From Minisyncoccota bacterium (GTDB taxonomy: Bacteria > Patescibacteriota > Minisyncoccia > UBA6257 > 2-01-FULL-56-20), in the NCBI GenBank assembly GCA_031291905.1, contig JARLIC010000137.1, positions 51,762 through 115,761 on the forward strand: a DNA stretch of 64,000 nucleotides, in the 5' to 3' direction. A program made the position numbers and the translations under genes. The number at the start of each line of letters is the position of its first letter. Within the stretch, counting starts at the first letter, position 1. The notes under the pieces were generated by a model. It was not told where the DNA came from and made no database searches. It was given only the letters and a program-made list of their open reading frames with translations. Of this stretch, positions 1-10,240 are shown piece after piece.

Positions 1-534
1 GGCGCCGCATGCCCATGGAGTAAGGCTTCGACTCGTAAGCCGGAAGCTTGCTCTTGATGGCGAGGCGCGTCTTGACATCGGTCGTGTATCCATTCTGGTC
101 CACGACGGGCTCGAAGATGATTTCCACCGTGACGGTTCGGGCTTTGGCGTCTCCGGGCCGCTCCTGGCAGTCCTTGGAAACCAAGCTCAGCCGGCTCTTG
201 AGTTCAGCATTGACGCTCCCCGCGTCCAGGATTGCAAGCGACCCGAAGTCGACCTCATGCAGCGAACTTGCCACGCTTCACCTCTTTCGCCTGATTCTTT
301 GAAGGACTTAATGCCAGACAACCCGACGATTTTCGGAAATCTTGTCAAATTTTCGCCGCTTCCACTTGCAGTACAGCCTATGTATCTTGTATGGTCGACT
401 GTGACGACGGTGCGAACTTTGGTACGCAGAGCGAACGAGGCCGGTTTGAGAGCCGGCTTCGCAAGGACTTTGGAAAGTTTCTGGCTCGACCCGATGCTTC
501 GTCGCCCCGTTGGCCGAATGCTAGCTGAAAATCT

Positions 535-574
535 TGACAGTTGGAAAGATACAAGTTTCCAGTGTGATTGTCAA
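535..574 (+). promoter_or_regulatory. candidate promoter/operator (TTGACA with nested inverted repeats TTGACA..TGTCAA and TGGAAA..TTTCCA) upstream of the gene starting at 641
   Basis: Read directly from the lower-GC stretch 300-650. Motif CTTGTA/TACAAG recurs at ~341, ~388 and ~550. Confidence 0.3.
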
Positions 575-640
575 GGCTAAACCTTCTTCTTGCTTTTCGC
601 CTTGCTTTTCACGGAATTGACTAGAGGTTACCGAACGGAG

Positions 641-1132
641 ATGCCTTTCATGACTACGCCTGACAAGAATTCCAAACCTGCGGCGATTCCCGGCCGCACG
701 TCTCCAGATTACGGAGGCAAGTCGTCGCGAGAAAAACAGATCACCGTCCAGGCGACGCCCGAGATGGTCGAGCTGTTCGACGATGTGATTCATTATCTGA
801 ATCAGCATCGCAAATTCGGCACCAAGAAATATGACAAGAAGAGGTTCTATAACAGTCTTCTTTTGGGGGTGCTGGACTTCCACTACGCCGGCGACTTTGA
901 CATCGAGGAGTTCAAGAAGAAGGGCCTCGTGCTGACCCTGATCGACCGGGGGGCGCTGCTGCATTCGCGGAAGGAGGCGATCGATACAGCGCCTTATGGC
1001 AAGAAGGGGCGAGATTTGGAGGCGGGAGGGAAAGCCAATGCAACCGAGCCCTCGAAGGATGCGAAGGCCCAGCCGCATCGCAAGCTTCCAGGTTTACGCA
1101 TCCCGAAGGATTACCTTTTCGGCGACAATTGA
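641..1132 (+). CDS. hypothetical Lys-rich protein
   Basis: ORF 590..1132. ATG at 641 is preceded by GGAG. Composition looks coding, unlike the Arg-rich antisense ORFs. Confidence 0.4.
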   Translation: MPFMTTPDKNSKPAAIPGRTSPDYGGKSSREKQITVQATPEMVELFDDVIHYLNQHRKFGTKKYDKKRFYNSLLLGVLDFHYAGDFDIEEFKKKGLVLTLIDRGALLHSRKEAIDTAPYGKKGRDLEAGGKANATEPSKDAKAQPHRKLPGLRIPKDYLFGDN

Positions 1133-1432
1133 CGTCGTGGCGTCTTCGGGGCTGAGGGCGATCAGGATGGGGCCGAATACGAACTGATGCCATGATTCCA
1201 ATTCGGGCATCTTGGATTTGGCCCTGTCCAATAGGTTGGCCGGAATCTTCAGTAGGTCGCGATCCCACATCGTGTCGCCGCGTATACCACGAAATCGGAA
1301 CTGCTCGGGGGCCAGCATCGCCCTCCTTTCTTCTTGCAGTTCCTCCACGATACGCCGATAACGCTCGGCTTCGCACCTCCAGAAGTCCGGGCCGGCTTCG
1401 TCGCCACGCTCTCGCGCATCCTCGGGCGCCAT
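1094..1432 (-). CDS. hypothetical protein
   Basis: 112-aa ORF with balanced composition. Confidence 0.3.
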   Translation of the reverse strand: MAPEDARERGDEAGPDFWRCEAERYRRIVEELQEERRAMLAPEQFRFRGIRGDTMWDRDLLKIPANLLDRAKSKMPELESWHQFVFGPILIALSPEDATTSIVAEKVILRDA

Positions 1433-1693
1433 GCGTCATCCTCCGTCGCTGTCATCACACCGGGGGTGGGTTGTTTGCCTCTCCACGAGATCCTAATAAA
1501 TCATGGGCCGCAATGCAAGCAATTCGCTCTTGACGATCGGCTTCGGAGTATGAATCGGACGCGTCAGCATTGTTCGATGTCGACGCATTTCGTTTCGCAG
1601 TACAGCCTTGCGCCGAAGGTGCATTTGAAAGAAATATCCTAGAAAACCGGATGATTCATGCCTTGGCATCTAGAGTGCATCATCGCGTCAAGC

Positions 1694-2008
1694 TCATTCT
1701 GGCTTGCCATCCGGCCCCGATGCAGCTTTATTTTGCCTATTGACCTCTCTTTCTATGGCAAGATTTAGATAGTGCTCGCACTTCTTTAGATCCTTTAACG
1801 TTGGCTCGCCGATCTTGCTTCCCGCTCGGATGGCGTATTTGCAGATGTTGTACGTCAGGCCGTCGAGACTCTGAAGCAGATGAACGGGCTGGATCGGATG
1901 TCCGCATTTCTTGCATTCAGCGTCCGGGATGCGGTAGTGGGCGGGGCAGCGGTCGTCAGTTTCGGGCGATCGTGTTGTAGTTGGCGACAAAGCCAGCCTC
2001 CTTGTCAT
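1694..2008 (-). CDS. DUF3310-like phage protein
   Basis: C-terminal HY..ECKKCG...LQSLDGLTYNICKYAIRAGSK....DLKKCEHYLNLAIE matches the DUF3310 pattern. Start is uncertain (ATG at 2008 or TTG at 1990); both overlap the 3' end of the upstream gene. Confidence 0.5.
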   Translation of the reverse strand: MTRRLALSPTTTRSPETDDRCPAHYRIPDAECKKCGHPIQPVHLLQSLDGLTYNICKYAIRAGSKIGEPTLKDLKKCEHYLNLAIEREVNRQNKAASGPDGKPE

Positions 2009-3293
2009 AGATGAACGCCTCGGCGGCGCGAATATTGCCGACGTACCCGTTCTCGCTGTGCCAGGCGTCGGTGGCGCACAGGGACGGAATCCCCCGCACG
2101 CGGACGCCCGCGAACTCGTCACTCTTGAAGCCGTGAAAGTGCCCCGTCTTGAACTCACGCCACGTCGTCTCGGCCCAGTCCTGCTTCCGCTCCTGGGCCA
2201 TGATCAAGGGGAGCTTCTCGCGTTTGATCTTGTCGCCGTGCGTGTAGCCCAGCAGGTTGACGCCGTACCGGACGTACTTGCGGGATTTCAGGTCGCAGTC
2301 GACCTCCACCCGTGCGTCGTGGCGGAAATGGGCCGCGATCGTCCGTGCCAGGTGGTACGACGTGTGCCAGTCGTGGTTGCCGGGGACCAGGACGACCTTG
2401 ACCTTCGGGCAGCGGTCGGCGAACAGCTCGATCGCACCGACGTTACAGTCCATGCCGATTCCAACCATCTTGGGATACCGACCGTCCAGCTCCAGTTGCG
2501 TGCCGGCGGTGGTCGTGTTGCGGGTCGCATCGACGTGGAAGTGGTCGCTCCCGATCAGGAAGACGACCTCTTCGACGTCGTACTTGTCGAGACGACCCCA
2601 GAGTTCCTCCACCGCTTCACCGAAGACGCGTTCGGCGATCCGCAAGTCGTAGTTCTCGCCCGTCTCGGGCGCCCAGCACAGCTTCCCGAGGTGCAGGTCG
2701 GGGATGTTGATCTCGGCCAGGACGCCGCTGTTGGTTTTGCGTGGGGGCAGGGGAGGGCGGCTGAAGAAAGGAGCCTTCTCCGCCATCCGTGCGAAGAACG
2801 CTTCGGATGCGTCGGTCAACTGCTTGGGGATCAGCCGTTCCAGTTTCAACGAGACCCGCCAGAGGCCGTGGCGCTCGGCCTCGTCCGCACCGTTCCCCTT
2901 CATCTTCATGACGACTTCCCAGGCCGTGCATCCCCAGGTCTTGACGCGCCACGTCGCCAGGTCGACTTCGGCGTAGGCGACGGCGTCTTCCAGGGTGCGG
3001 ATGCGGCGGGGGCTGGCGAGTTCCAAACTCTGTTCGTCGCCGGTTTCCACGATCTTGGATCGCATCCCGTCCGCCGTCGGCTCGTCGATCGCGGCGTCGC
3101 GGTCCAGCTTGTGAAAATAGGCAAGAGCGGCGCTAGCCGAACAGTTGGCTTGCGAGCCGCCGACCCGGCACGAGCCGCCGGACTCGCGGACCTGACGAAG
3201 AATCCTCTTCTGATCGGGCGTCAACTTGGCCAAGGTGCAATTCCTTTTGGTGGGACCAAAAGCAAGGCGGATTGCAAGAAATAAGTATTGCAA
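1956..3293 (-). CDS. calcineurin-like metallophosphoesterase with ~200-aa N-terminal extension
   Basis: Metallophosphoesterase motifs are present in order: DLHLG, GSDHFH, VPGNHDW, GYTHGDK, GHFH. The start is more likely the TTG at ~3230 (MAKLTPDQKRIL, preceded by AAAGGAA). Confidence 0.75.
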   Translation of the reverse strand: MQYLFLAIRLAFGPTKRNCTLAKLTPDQKRILRQVRESGGSCRVGGSQANCSASAALAYFHKLDRDAAIDEPTADGMRSKIVETGDEQSLELASPRRIRTLEDAVAYAEVDLATWRVKTWGCTAWEVVMKMKGNGADEAERHGLWRVSLKLERLIPKQLTDASEAFFARMAEKAPFFSRPPLPPRKTNSGVLAEINIPDLHLGKLCWAPETGENYDLRIAERVFGEAVEELWGRLDKYDVEEVVFLIGSDHFHVDATRNTTTAGTQLELDGRYPKMVGIGMDCNVGAIELFADRCPKVKVVLVPGNHDWHTSYHLARTIAAHFRHDARVEVDCDLKSRKYVRYGVNLLGYTHGDKIKREKLPLIMAQERKQDWAETTWREFKTGHFHGFKSDEFAGVRVRGIPSLCATDAWHSENGYVGNIRAAEAFIYDKEAGFVANYNTIARN

Positions 3294-3308
3294 ATCGACG
3301 CCGACGAG

Positions 3309-3626
3309 TCAAGCGTCGTCCGCGTCGGGATCGTCGAAGACGTCGACGGGCTCCAGGTCGGATCGGAAGATCCGGGCCGCGCGTTCGCAGGCGGCGATCG
3401 TCATCTCCCACGACGCGTACTTCAGGCGCCCCCTGGTGTCGTGGGGAAGCTCGATCGGCATCTTGCCGCCGGCCGCGAGCTGGACGAACGGCAGGATCGC
3501 TTTCAGCCACAGCCGGTCGCTCGACTGGACCGCCAGGTATTCCGGGTCGACGTCGATGCACTCGTGGGAACAATCGAAACCATCGTCTTCGCCGTCGTCG
3601 ATCGGCGATTCGTCCAGTTCGTTCAT
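3309..3626 (-). CDS. hypothetical acidic protein
   Basis: ORF 3309..3674; internal Met MNELDESP starts at 3626. Confidence 0.4.
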   Translation of the reverse strand: MNELDESPIDDGEDDGFDCSHECIDVDPEYLAVQSSDRLWLKAILPFVQLAAGGKMPIELPHDTRGRLKYASWEMTIAACERAARIFRSDLEPVDVFDDPDADDA

Positions 3627-3910
3627 GATGCCTTCCTCTCCCGCGAAAGGGATTGGTCCGCTTTCTGGTGGCACTCTTTACACAAAAATTGCACGCAAAT
3701 CGGATCGGAATGGTCTGGATGATGGCGATCCAAGATCCTAGAATGAAAACAGGCTTGACAGACCGCAGGGCGGTCGATCAAGCCAAGTCGTTCCGCCAAT
3801 GCGGCGGCGCGACGGGCGGCGTGGTGCCGGTTCCGTCGCGACGTTCTATAGTTTTGAGAAGCTGCGATCGCACGGTTGAGCCTGCTGGCGAGTCGGGCTC
3901 GTTCGGTCAT
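3623..3910 (-). CDS. HNH endonuclease-like small protein
   Basis: CQACFHSRILDRHHPDHSDPICVQFLCKECH matches the HNH His/Asn and Cys4 zinc pattern. Confidence 0.55.
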   Translation of the reverse strand: MTERARLASRLNRAIAASQNYRTSRRNRHHAARRAAALAERLGLIDRPAVCQACFHSRILDRHHPDHSDPICVQFLCKECHQKADQSLSRERKAS

Positions 3911-3942
3911 GGCGTTTACACCCTGGGGAGGATGGTAAATCG

Positions 3943-4578
3943 ATGATGACGATGGTAGTTTGTGCGGCGGCCTTGGTAGGGCAGGCGCCCAAGGCTGAAA
4001 AACCGATGGCGTTGGACCCGGTCACTCAGGGTCGCGTCTACGCGGCATACACCGGTGCCAGGGAATGGTCGTTCGGCTTGGCCAACAAGCTCTGTTACCG
4101 GAACCCAATGGTCCCCCTTCTTAACAGGGCTCGCCAGAAATCCGACGCTGTTTACAGCTACACGCTTTACCACCTAGAGGAAGGCGCCGCCAAACAGATC
4201 TGCGAGGCGTACGGGATATCGCGGATGACGCTCGCCAAGGTGATCGCGGACCCTCGCAGCCAGGACGTCGACTTCATTCCCGAGACGAACGGGGATGGAG
4301 GGATCGCGATGGCGACCGCCACCAATTTCAGCAGAGGGACGCGGTTTAACCCAAGGAAGGTCGTCTTGCCAGCGTCGATAGCCAGGCGGATCGGGTACAA
4401 GAATCCAGACCCGAACGCGCCGCCACCGCCACCGCCCTGGCGTCCTGAGTCGTACACGAGCGATGGTCGTCGGATACCGGGAAGGGCGGCGGATCCAGAG
4501 ATCGAACAAAGAAAGAAGGAGATCAAGGAAAGAGCAAAAAACACCGTGATCAAAGACCCGATTCCCGCATCGCCGTGA
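3943..4578 (+). CDS. hypothetical protein (possible HTH segment GISRMTLAKVI)
   Basis: Only plus-strand ORF of coding-like composition in this block. GGGGAGGA lies upstream of the ATG. It is divergent from the HNH gene. Confidence 0.45.
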   Translation: MMTMVVCAAALVGQAPKAEKPMALDPVTQGRVYAAYTGAREWSFGLANKLCYRNPMVPLLNRARQKSDAVYSYTLYHLEEGAAKQICEAYGISRMTLAKVIADPRSQDVDFIPETNGDGGIAMATATNFSRGTRFNPRKVVLPASIARRIGYKNPDPNAPPPPPPWRPESYTSDGRRIPGRAADPEIEQRKKEIKERAKNTVIKDPIPASP

Positions 4579-4580
4579 TC

Positions 4581-5087
4581 CTAAGACCTGGACAATCCGC
4601 CATAACTCTTGAGAACGGCCGTGTACGTCATTACGCCGTCGATGATCATCTTGGCGAAAAAATTCGTGACCAAGAAGTAGCCCTGCCAGTATTGATCGGT
4701 GGCACTGATTCCAAGTTGCGCGTAGGCGATGACCGAGCCGTCGAACAGGGCCGTCATGAGCGTATACGGGACCACGCCGACGTTGAAAACGCCCTCGATC
4801 CGAACATCCGTCTGAATGGCCACTGGCAGCGAGGCCGCGAACACCAGGTCCATCGAACTGTCGTAGTGGACCGACGATGTTACGTCCGACGTCTGAACGT
4901 CCGTGCGGGCCTCCCATGATCGGATAGGGACGAACGTCGGAGCAAGCGGCTTCGTCCTGTCGCGACCGGGCGGCTTGGTGAGGAACACGAACTTGGTCCC
5001 CGCACCCGCATCGTTAGTGTAGCCTAAATAGAGATAGCCTTGGGTTCCCGCACGTTTCCCGTCGTCGCCGTCATCAAATCCCGCCAT
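4581..5087 (-). CDS. hypothetical tail-associated protein
   Basis: Last ORF of the distal-tail gene run. Confidence 0.4.
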   Translation of the reverse strand: MAGFDDGDDGKRAGTQGYLYLGYTNDAGAGTKFVFLTKPPGRDRTKPLAPTFVPIRSWEARTDVQTSDVTSSVHYDSSMDLVFAASLPVAIQTDVRIEGVFNVGVVPYTLMTALFDGSVIAYAQLGISATDQYWQGYFLVTNFFAKMIIDGVMTYTAVLKSYGGLSRS

Positions 5088-5448
5088 CGTCGCTCCATTT
5101 GCCCAGCGGGCATTCCATGTCGCGGCCCCACGGCTTCACGGCCATCGAACATCTGCACTCTCGGCACTTGTTCCGCTTGGCGTCGAAGGACTCGCACGTC
5201 TCGCATATCGCGTGGCGGCGGTCGAATTCGGCCTGATCGACGGTCGCGCAGCCGGACTTGATGAACGTCCCGACCGCCACGGCAAGACTTCCGACTTGCT
5301 CAAGCAGCGGCGGATATTCGGGCTCGACTCCGTTGTGCCGGTCGATCACGCGTCGCCATTTCTCCGGGCTCTTGGCGTGGTTATTGCACAAAACCGCGTA
5401 CGAATCGCACTCGCCCGTGATCGGGCAGCCGGAGCACTTCGGGTCCAT
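5074..5448 (-). CDS. Cys-rich (11 Cys) small protein
   Basis: Start MDPKCSGC at 5448 overlaps the stop of the upstream gene (ATGA). Motifs CSGCPITGEC and CETCES..KCRECRC are present. Confidence 0.45.
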   Translation of the reverse strand: MDPKCSGCPITGECDSYAVLCNNHAKSPEKWRRVIDRHNGVEPEYPPLLEQVGSLAVAVGTFIKSGCATVDQAEFDRRHAICETCESFDAKRNKCRECRCSMAVKPWGRDMECPLGKWSDDGGI

Positions 5449-6941
5449 CAAGCGACCTCGTCGATGAAAATGCGCGTGACGACGTCCCCGGCGCCGATCG
5501 GCAGCGGGGCCGAGTAGTGCACAGGGCCGGACGTGTAATCGAGGTGAAGTGGACCGCACGACGATCCGCTTCCAAAGGTCACGGCAAGTCCGGACGTCGG
5601 CCAGTTTCCCGCTCCGGTTCCATCGATGGAGCCATAAGGGTAAGACGGACTGCTTCCGCCGTACACGATATTGATTCCATCGATTGCAAACGGGGCGTAG
5701 AGCGATGTGCAGTCGAAATAGATCGCCACCTTGAATGGAGCCGACGGCCTGGGAAAAAAAGGGTCCGACCTCCAGTGGCCGAGTTTCGTGGAGCCGGGCC
5801 GCAGCGACCCGTTAGGCATCTCCCAGGGCGCATCGGAGTACTTCATAGTCACCGAGTAGAGCGTGGTCGTCGTCGGCGGCCCGGCGGGGAAGGTGGGCGT
5901 CCGCACTTCGATGTACGTAAGCACCAGGTCTTTCTTGGGGAGGTCGCAGGGCCAGCAACATCGCCCCTTGAGCACCGCGTCGGGAGCGTCCTTGGTGTTG
6001 ACGCTTCCGTTCTTGGAGCCGTCCGCCGCAATTAGGTTGAACGTCTGGGCGCCGATGCCGCCGCTGGAAGCATAGTAAGTACGGGGGCCGGCGACGATTC
6101 CGTACCCCCATTTCAGAAACGCCAGTCCGCCGCATTCCAACTGGACGTTGTGGCCGCCCGGTGCGTTGGTCGGGTTCGTGTAGGAGGGTTGGTTCCACCA
6201 GTCGACGTTGCCGATCCACCGATAATTCTGTGTGCCGTCGTTATTGAAGATCGGGGTCTTCGTTAAACGCACCGACCCCACTCTATTTTCCTCGGCGATC
6301 GACTCGTCCTTGATATTATACGACAAGACCACGTCGCCGTCGGGATAGAAGCCCTGGGCGACGCCGCTTGACCCGGCCGCACCCCCGCAGTTTCGACATG
6401 GGCACCGTAACGTCGCCGCTGCATCCACGTCGAACGCAATGACTGGGTTCAGCCAGGGGGCCGGGAGGCCGAATTGCTGGACGATCGCGAACGTCGCCGT
6501 GATCGGGTCGCATGCTATTGAGTCGTGAGGGATGGACCTGGCGTCAATAGAGCCGCTTGAATCGCCCGGCTGGCTCGCGTTGAACAACCGCACGCCGGCT
6601 GGACACGTGGAGACGGAGTATCGCACGGTGAGCTGCATGCCCCCCCGGCTGGGATCGGTAAGCAGGACGTCGTCGATGCACGTCAGCTCATATCGATAGT
6701 ACGCAACGCCCGTCTTTCTGACGCAATCGCCGCTGGTCCAATCGTCGGTCGTCCACGCAATCCAATCCGTCTGCCACGGACGTCCTCCGGAAGCCATTGG
6801 GGTCGGCTGTTTAAGCGCATACACGCCGAGGTCGTCCGTGACGACGCCGTTCTTGAGGTATTGACCGTCGCACGCCTTGCAGCCGTTGAGGCACTGAGGC
6901 GAGCTTCCGCAGCAGCAGCCTTGGCGGTTCTTGGCACCCAA
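5448..6941 (-). CDS. distal tail / receptor-binding candidate (497 aa, Cys-cluster N-terminus)
   Basis: Large Gly/Ser/Thr-rich protein downstream of the tape-measure protein. N-terminus reads GCCCGSSPQCLNGCKAC. Confidence 0.5.
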   Translation of the reverse strand: MGAKNRQGCCCGSSPQCLNGCKACDGQYLKNGVVTDDLGVYALKQPTPMASGGRPWQTDWIAWTTDDWTSGDCVRKTGVAYYRYELTCIDDVLLTDPSRGGMQLTVRYSVSTCPAGVRLFNASQPGDSSGSIDARSIPHDSIACDPITATFAIVQQFGLPAPWLNPVIAFDVDAAATLRCPCRNCGGAAGSSGVAQGFYPDGDVVLSYNIKDESIAEENRVGSVRLTKTPIFNNDGTQNYRWIGNVDWWNQPSYTNPTNAPGGHNVQLECGGLAFLKWGYGIVAGPRTYYASSGGIGAQTFNLIAADGSKNGSVNTKDAPDAVLKGRCCWPCDLPKKDLVLTYIEVRTPTFPAGPPTTTTLYSVTMKYSDAPWEMPNGSLRPGSTKLGHWRSDPFFPRPSAPFKVAIYFDCTSLYAPFAIDGINIVYGGSSPSYPYGSIDGTGAGNWPTSGLAVTFGSGSSCGPLHLDYTSGPVHYSAPLPIGAGDVVTRIFIDEVA

Positions 6942-6954
6942 TGGGTCGTCCTCG

Positions 6955-7386
6955 TCAAGATGATCCGTCGCACTCTTCCCAGATCACTTGCCAGACGTTG
7001 AGGATCTTGGCGAGCACTAGATACTGACTACCGCCGACACTGGAAAGCCCCATGTTGTAAGCCTTGATCGGGTTTTCCTGGTCCACCTTAAGCACGCAAT
7101 CCCCGCTGTCGTCGCGAGCCAGTCGGACGGCGTAAACATCCGCTTTCCCGAGCATGCGATTGCCGTCGGCGTCATCTTCGGACGCCGGGATTCCATCTGT
7201 CCCCGATTTGGCGTACATCAGGGTCGGTGCGTTAAGATATACCTGCCTCCCGCTTGGACCCGTCATCATGCCGAGCCCAGGGCCGGGACTTGTTCCAGCC
7301 TGATCCGACACCGCCCGGTTCAACTGGCTGATCGCCTTGGCGAACGGATTCGACGACGCGAATTTGGTGAGCTTTGGGCGAAACAT
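6955..7386 (-). CDS. hypothetical tail protein
   Basis: ORF within the tail operon. Confidence 0.45.
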   Translation of the reverse strand: MFRPKLTKFASSNPFAKAISQLNRAVSDQAGTSPGPGLGMMTGPSGRQVYLNAPTLMYAKSGTDGIPASEDDADGNRMLGKADVYAVRLARDDSGDCVLKVDQENPIKAYNMGLSSVGGSQYLVLAKILNVWQVIWEECDGSS

Positions 7387-8384
7387 CAGTCGGCGTACTC
7401 CGGCCAGATGTCGAATTGCAATTCCGCCGTGGAGTAGGGGGCTTCTCCACCTTTAACCTGGATCACTTGGTCCCATTTCCCATCTGGAGAAACGAAATAG
7501 TTCCAGCTCGATTGATTGCTTCCGTTTACATCTTCGACGAGGCCGTTCGCAAGAATATGGTGCGTAATGTCGTACGTCAGGCCGCCGGTCGCGACGTCCG
7601 GCCTGGCTTCATACTCGTAGCTGAGATAAAGCATGCTTTCGGCCTTGAACGCCGTATTGCCAAAACCGAGAGGGATGTCGTTTGTTTTGCCAACGAGGTT
7701 ATTGAGTTTTTCCGAATCAACGAACGGCATGTTGTGGCGGGTGATTGTGATCTCAAGTTTGGGCCGAACGAGGCCCACCTTGGAGTCGTCGATGTTTTCG
7801 CCGCTGGTCGCGAATTTGTACCCTGAAGCGTAAGGCGAATACGCCTCTCCGGCCGCCTTGATCCGCGTCGTCGTGAACGGATATCCGCTGAGATCCGCAC
7901 CGGGGAAGTTGGGATCGAACTCCTTGTCGTCGACAATGTACGTCGGAACGCCCCACGTCGTGGGGATGACGACCATGGCGTACATGCCCCATCCGACCAT
8001 GCCCGTGGCCGACCCGTCGCCGTCAGTGCGAAATTTTACGGGGCGGAATTCCCCCGTCCCCATGCAGATCATGCGGTCCCATAGGTAGCCGCTTTGTTGG
8101 CCTGGCAGCCCCGGCGATTTATCACCGCTGATCACAGGGAGTTTCGTTGGAAGTTTGCGATAGTATTTGCCGCCCGAATATGAAGACGAGCCGGCGAGCA
8201 ACTGAAGAAACTTGATGTAGTCCTTCCATGCGATCAAGAAATCAATTTGGACGACAAGCCCCTGGTCGGTCCAGGACGGACGGATTCCGCCCTGAGATCC
8301 ATTCTCGCCCACGAAGATCGCGGCTTGAACGCCGTCGTCTCCCCCGAATTGAATGGGATCGCTGGAATACGGATTATTGGCCAC
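7386..8384 (-). CDS. distal tail protein candidate
   Basis: 332-aa ORF immediately downstream of the tape-measure protein. Confidence 0.5.
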   Translation of the reverse strand: MANNPYSSDPIQFGGDDGVQAAIFVGENGSQGGIRPSWTDQGLVVQIDFLIAWKDYIKFLQLLAGSSSYSGGKYYRKLPTKLPVISGDKSPGLPGQQSGYLWDRMICMGTGEFRPVKFRTDGDGSATGMVGWGMYAMVVIPTTWGVPTYIVDDKEFDPNFPGADLSGYPFTTTRIKAAGEAYSPYASGYKFATSGENIDDSKVGLVRPKLEITITRHNMPFVDSEKLNNLVGKTNDIPLGFGNTAFKAESMLYLSYEYEARPDVATGGLTYDITHHILANGLVEDVNGSNQSSWNYFVSPDGKWDQVIQVKGGEAPYSTAELQFDIWPEYAD

Positions 8385-8396
8385 GCGATATCATCC

Positions 8397-9746
8397 TCAG
8401 AAGGGGACGGCCCCGAGTTGGGGCTGTTTGGCCATCTTCTCGATCGCAACCGTCATGCGCTGTTGCTGTTCGAGCGATTTCTTGGCGATCTCGGTTTGAT
8501 TGCGAAGTTCATTGTGCTTGCCGCCGGTGATGGCATCCTGGATCTGACGACTCAAGCCCTGGATATCCGTGTAGGCGGCCCCGCGATGGCCGCCGCCTTT
8601 CTTGAGAGCGGCTTCCTCGGCGCTGAGCGTCAACTGGTCCTGGATCAAAGCCTTGTTTCGCTTGTCGACCTCGATGTCGGCATTCATTGCGTCTGCATCA
8701 CGCTGGGCGAGTTCCAGTTGAGATTTGCCGGACACGGCGTCCCAGAATCGACCCAAGAAGCTGGACCCCGAACTGAGGCCCTGGACCATGCTCGTCGTCG
8801 CCGAAACCACCGCGTTGAGCATCTGAAGCAGCTTCGTGAAGACAGGAAGTACCGTTTCCCCAATCGCGGCCGACAGGTTCTCCCAGTTCCCCTTGAGCAT
8901 GCGGAGCTGCATCGAATAGCGATCCTGAGATCGAACGATGTCTCCTTCGGCCCTCGCCAGTCCACCCGTGATCAAGGCGTATCGCGCCAACACCTTGGCC
9001 GAGTCCGTGACCACGCCGTCCGTGCCCACTAGCCCCATCTCGAACGCCTTGGCTTTAACCTTGGCTTCGGTCAGAAGCACGCCGAATTCACGGAGCGGGC
9101 GCGACATGCCCGAAAGGCCTGACTGAATCTTCCGCATCGCATCTTCGACGGGCACGTTGAAGAACGACGACGCTTCGGCGGCGAGTTTGGATAGGTTGGC
9201 ACCCATCTTCGCCGAGTCCTTCTCACTGGCCCCCGCGCCTTGCAGGAGGAGACCGGAAGAGGAGGAAAGTTCGTGGGTCTCCCGTTTGGATACTCCGTAC
9301 TTCGCCGCGAGTTCGTCGGCTTGATTTCCGACGATGCCTTTGTGCGAACCGAACACCTGTTGCGACTTGGCTTCAGCTTCCTGGAGTTCGCTGGCCGATT
9401 CGGCCGCCGCCTTGAGGCTGGTCGTCAACAACTCCAGGGAGCCGACGACCGCCGCAATCGCGATCGCCGCAGTGCCGCCGGGGATGGCGGCTCCGGCCGC
9501 AGGATTCGCATTTTGCGGACGGGGCGTCAAATTGGCTACTGCGCCAAGACCTCCTCCTCCTCTATGGAGAAGCGCCCCGTAAATACTCCCGACTGCACCT
9601 CCGAAATTTCCGCCAAGCTTATTGGCGATCGTCAGGAACCCGCTCATCTGCCGCTTGGTCTGAGCCAGGGCGTGGTCAAGCCCCTGTGTGTTCGCCCCGA
9701 TGTTGATCACGGCTGAGCCGAGAACATGGGCGTTCATAAAATTCAT
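8397..9746 (-). CDS. tail tape measure protein (short, 449 aa)
   Basis: Gly/Ala-rich N-terminus, long coiled-coil-like middle, and position right after the G/GT chaperone pair. Confidence 0.6.
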   Translation of the reverse strand: MNFMNAHVLGSAVINIGANTQGLDHALAQTKRQMSGFLTIANKLGGNFGGAVGSIYGALLHRGGGGLGAVANLTPRPQNANPAAGAAIPGGTAAIAIAAVVGSLELLTTSLKAAAESASELQEAEAKSQQVFGSHKGIVGNQADELAAKYGVSKRETHELSSSSGLLLQGAGASEKDSAKMGANLSKLAAEASSFFNVPVEDAMRKIQSGLSGMSRPLREFGVLLTEAKVKAKAFEMGLVGTDGVVTDSAKVLARYALITGGLARAEGDIVRSQDRYSMQLRMLKGNWENLSAAIGETVLPVFTKLLQMLNAVVSATTSMVQGLSSGSSFLGRFWDAVSGKSQLELAQRDADAMNADIEVDKRNKALIQDQLTLSAEEAALKKGGGHRGAAYTDIQGLSRQIQDAITGGKHNELRNQTEIAKKSLEQQQRMTVAIEKMAKQPQLGAVPF

Positions 9747-10240
9747 GGCGACTCATTCCACGCCTTCTCGGCGTTCTGGCGTTCTTCGAGATAGACTTTG
9801 TATTCGGCGGCGGACCCTATGGCTTTCGCACCGGGCGGTTCCTCGTTCGCGAGACAGACGAGTTGCGGGATCGTGAACCGCGCCAGTTCCCATGGCTTGA
9901 ATTTGCCTTCCTTCATCGCACTGTGGTAGATTTCCCACCAGTTGATTTTCGGCTCGCTCGCCGTTGCCGCCGGGACGCCTGTGAGCCACTCGTTGCGCTG
10001 GGCGGCGTCATGCTCAGCTCGTCGGGTTTTGGGTCGGTGGCCACCATGTCGATGTTCGTCGCCTGGCCGACCATCGCGGCGTCCACCAAGCTCATTTCGG
10101 TGAACAGGGCCTCCGCGTCGGCCTCCGTGAACGTCGGATCGCCCTTGCGGATCGATAGGAACAACGTCTGCTTGACGCCTTCGATCGAGAGCAAGAGCTT
10201 GTCGGCCTCGGGGGTGCCGATCAGGTGTCGCGGCTGGCAC
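9743..10240 (-). CDS. gpT-like extension reached by -1 frameshift from the gpG-like ORF
   Basis: This ORF lies in the -1 frame relative to 9913..10467. The fused product would read ...ATDPK/TRRAEHDAAQRNEWLTGV... Confidence 0.45.
   Translation of the reverse strand: MPAATPDRHPRGRQALALDRRRQADVVPIDPQGRSDVHGGRRGGPVHRNELGGRRDGRPGDEHRHGGHRPKTRRAEHDAAQRNEWLTGVPAATASEPKINWWEIYHSAMKEGKFKPWELARFTIPQLVCLANEEPPGAKAIGSAAEYKVYLEERQNAEKAWNESP

Noticed and set aside
2058-3284. 408-aa plus-strand ORF antisense to the metallophosphoesterase, Arg/Gly/Val-rich. Similar antisense ORFs occur at 10767-11681(-), 13019-14038(+), 16225-16875(-), 25043-25759(-), 29641-31215(+) and 29873-31108(-).
   Set aside because: These have the typical GC-rich shadow-ORF composition (Arg/Pro/Gly runs, no motifs). 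Each overlaps a motif-bearing gene on the other strand or in another frame.
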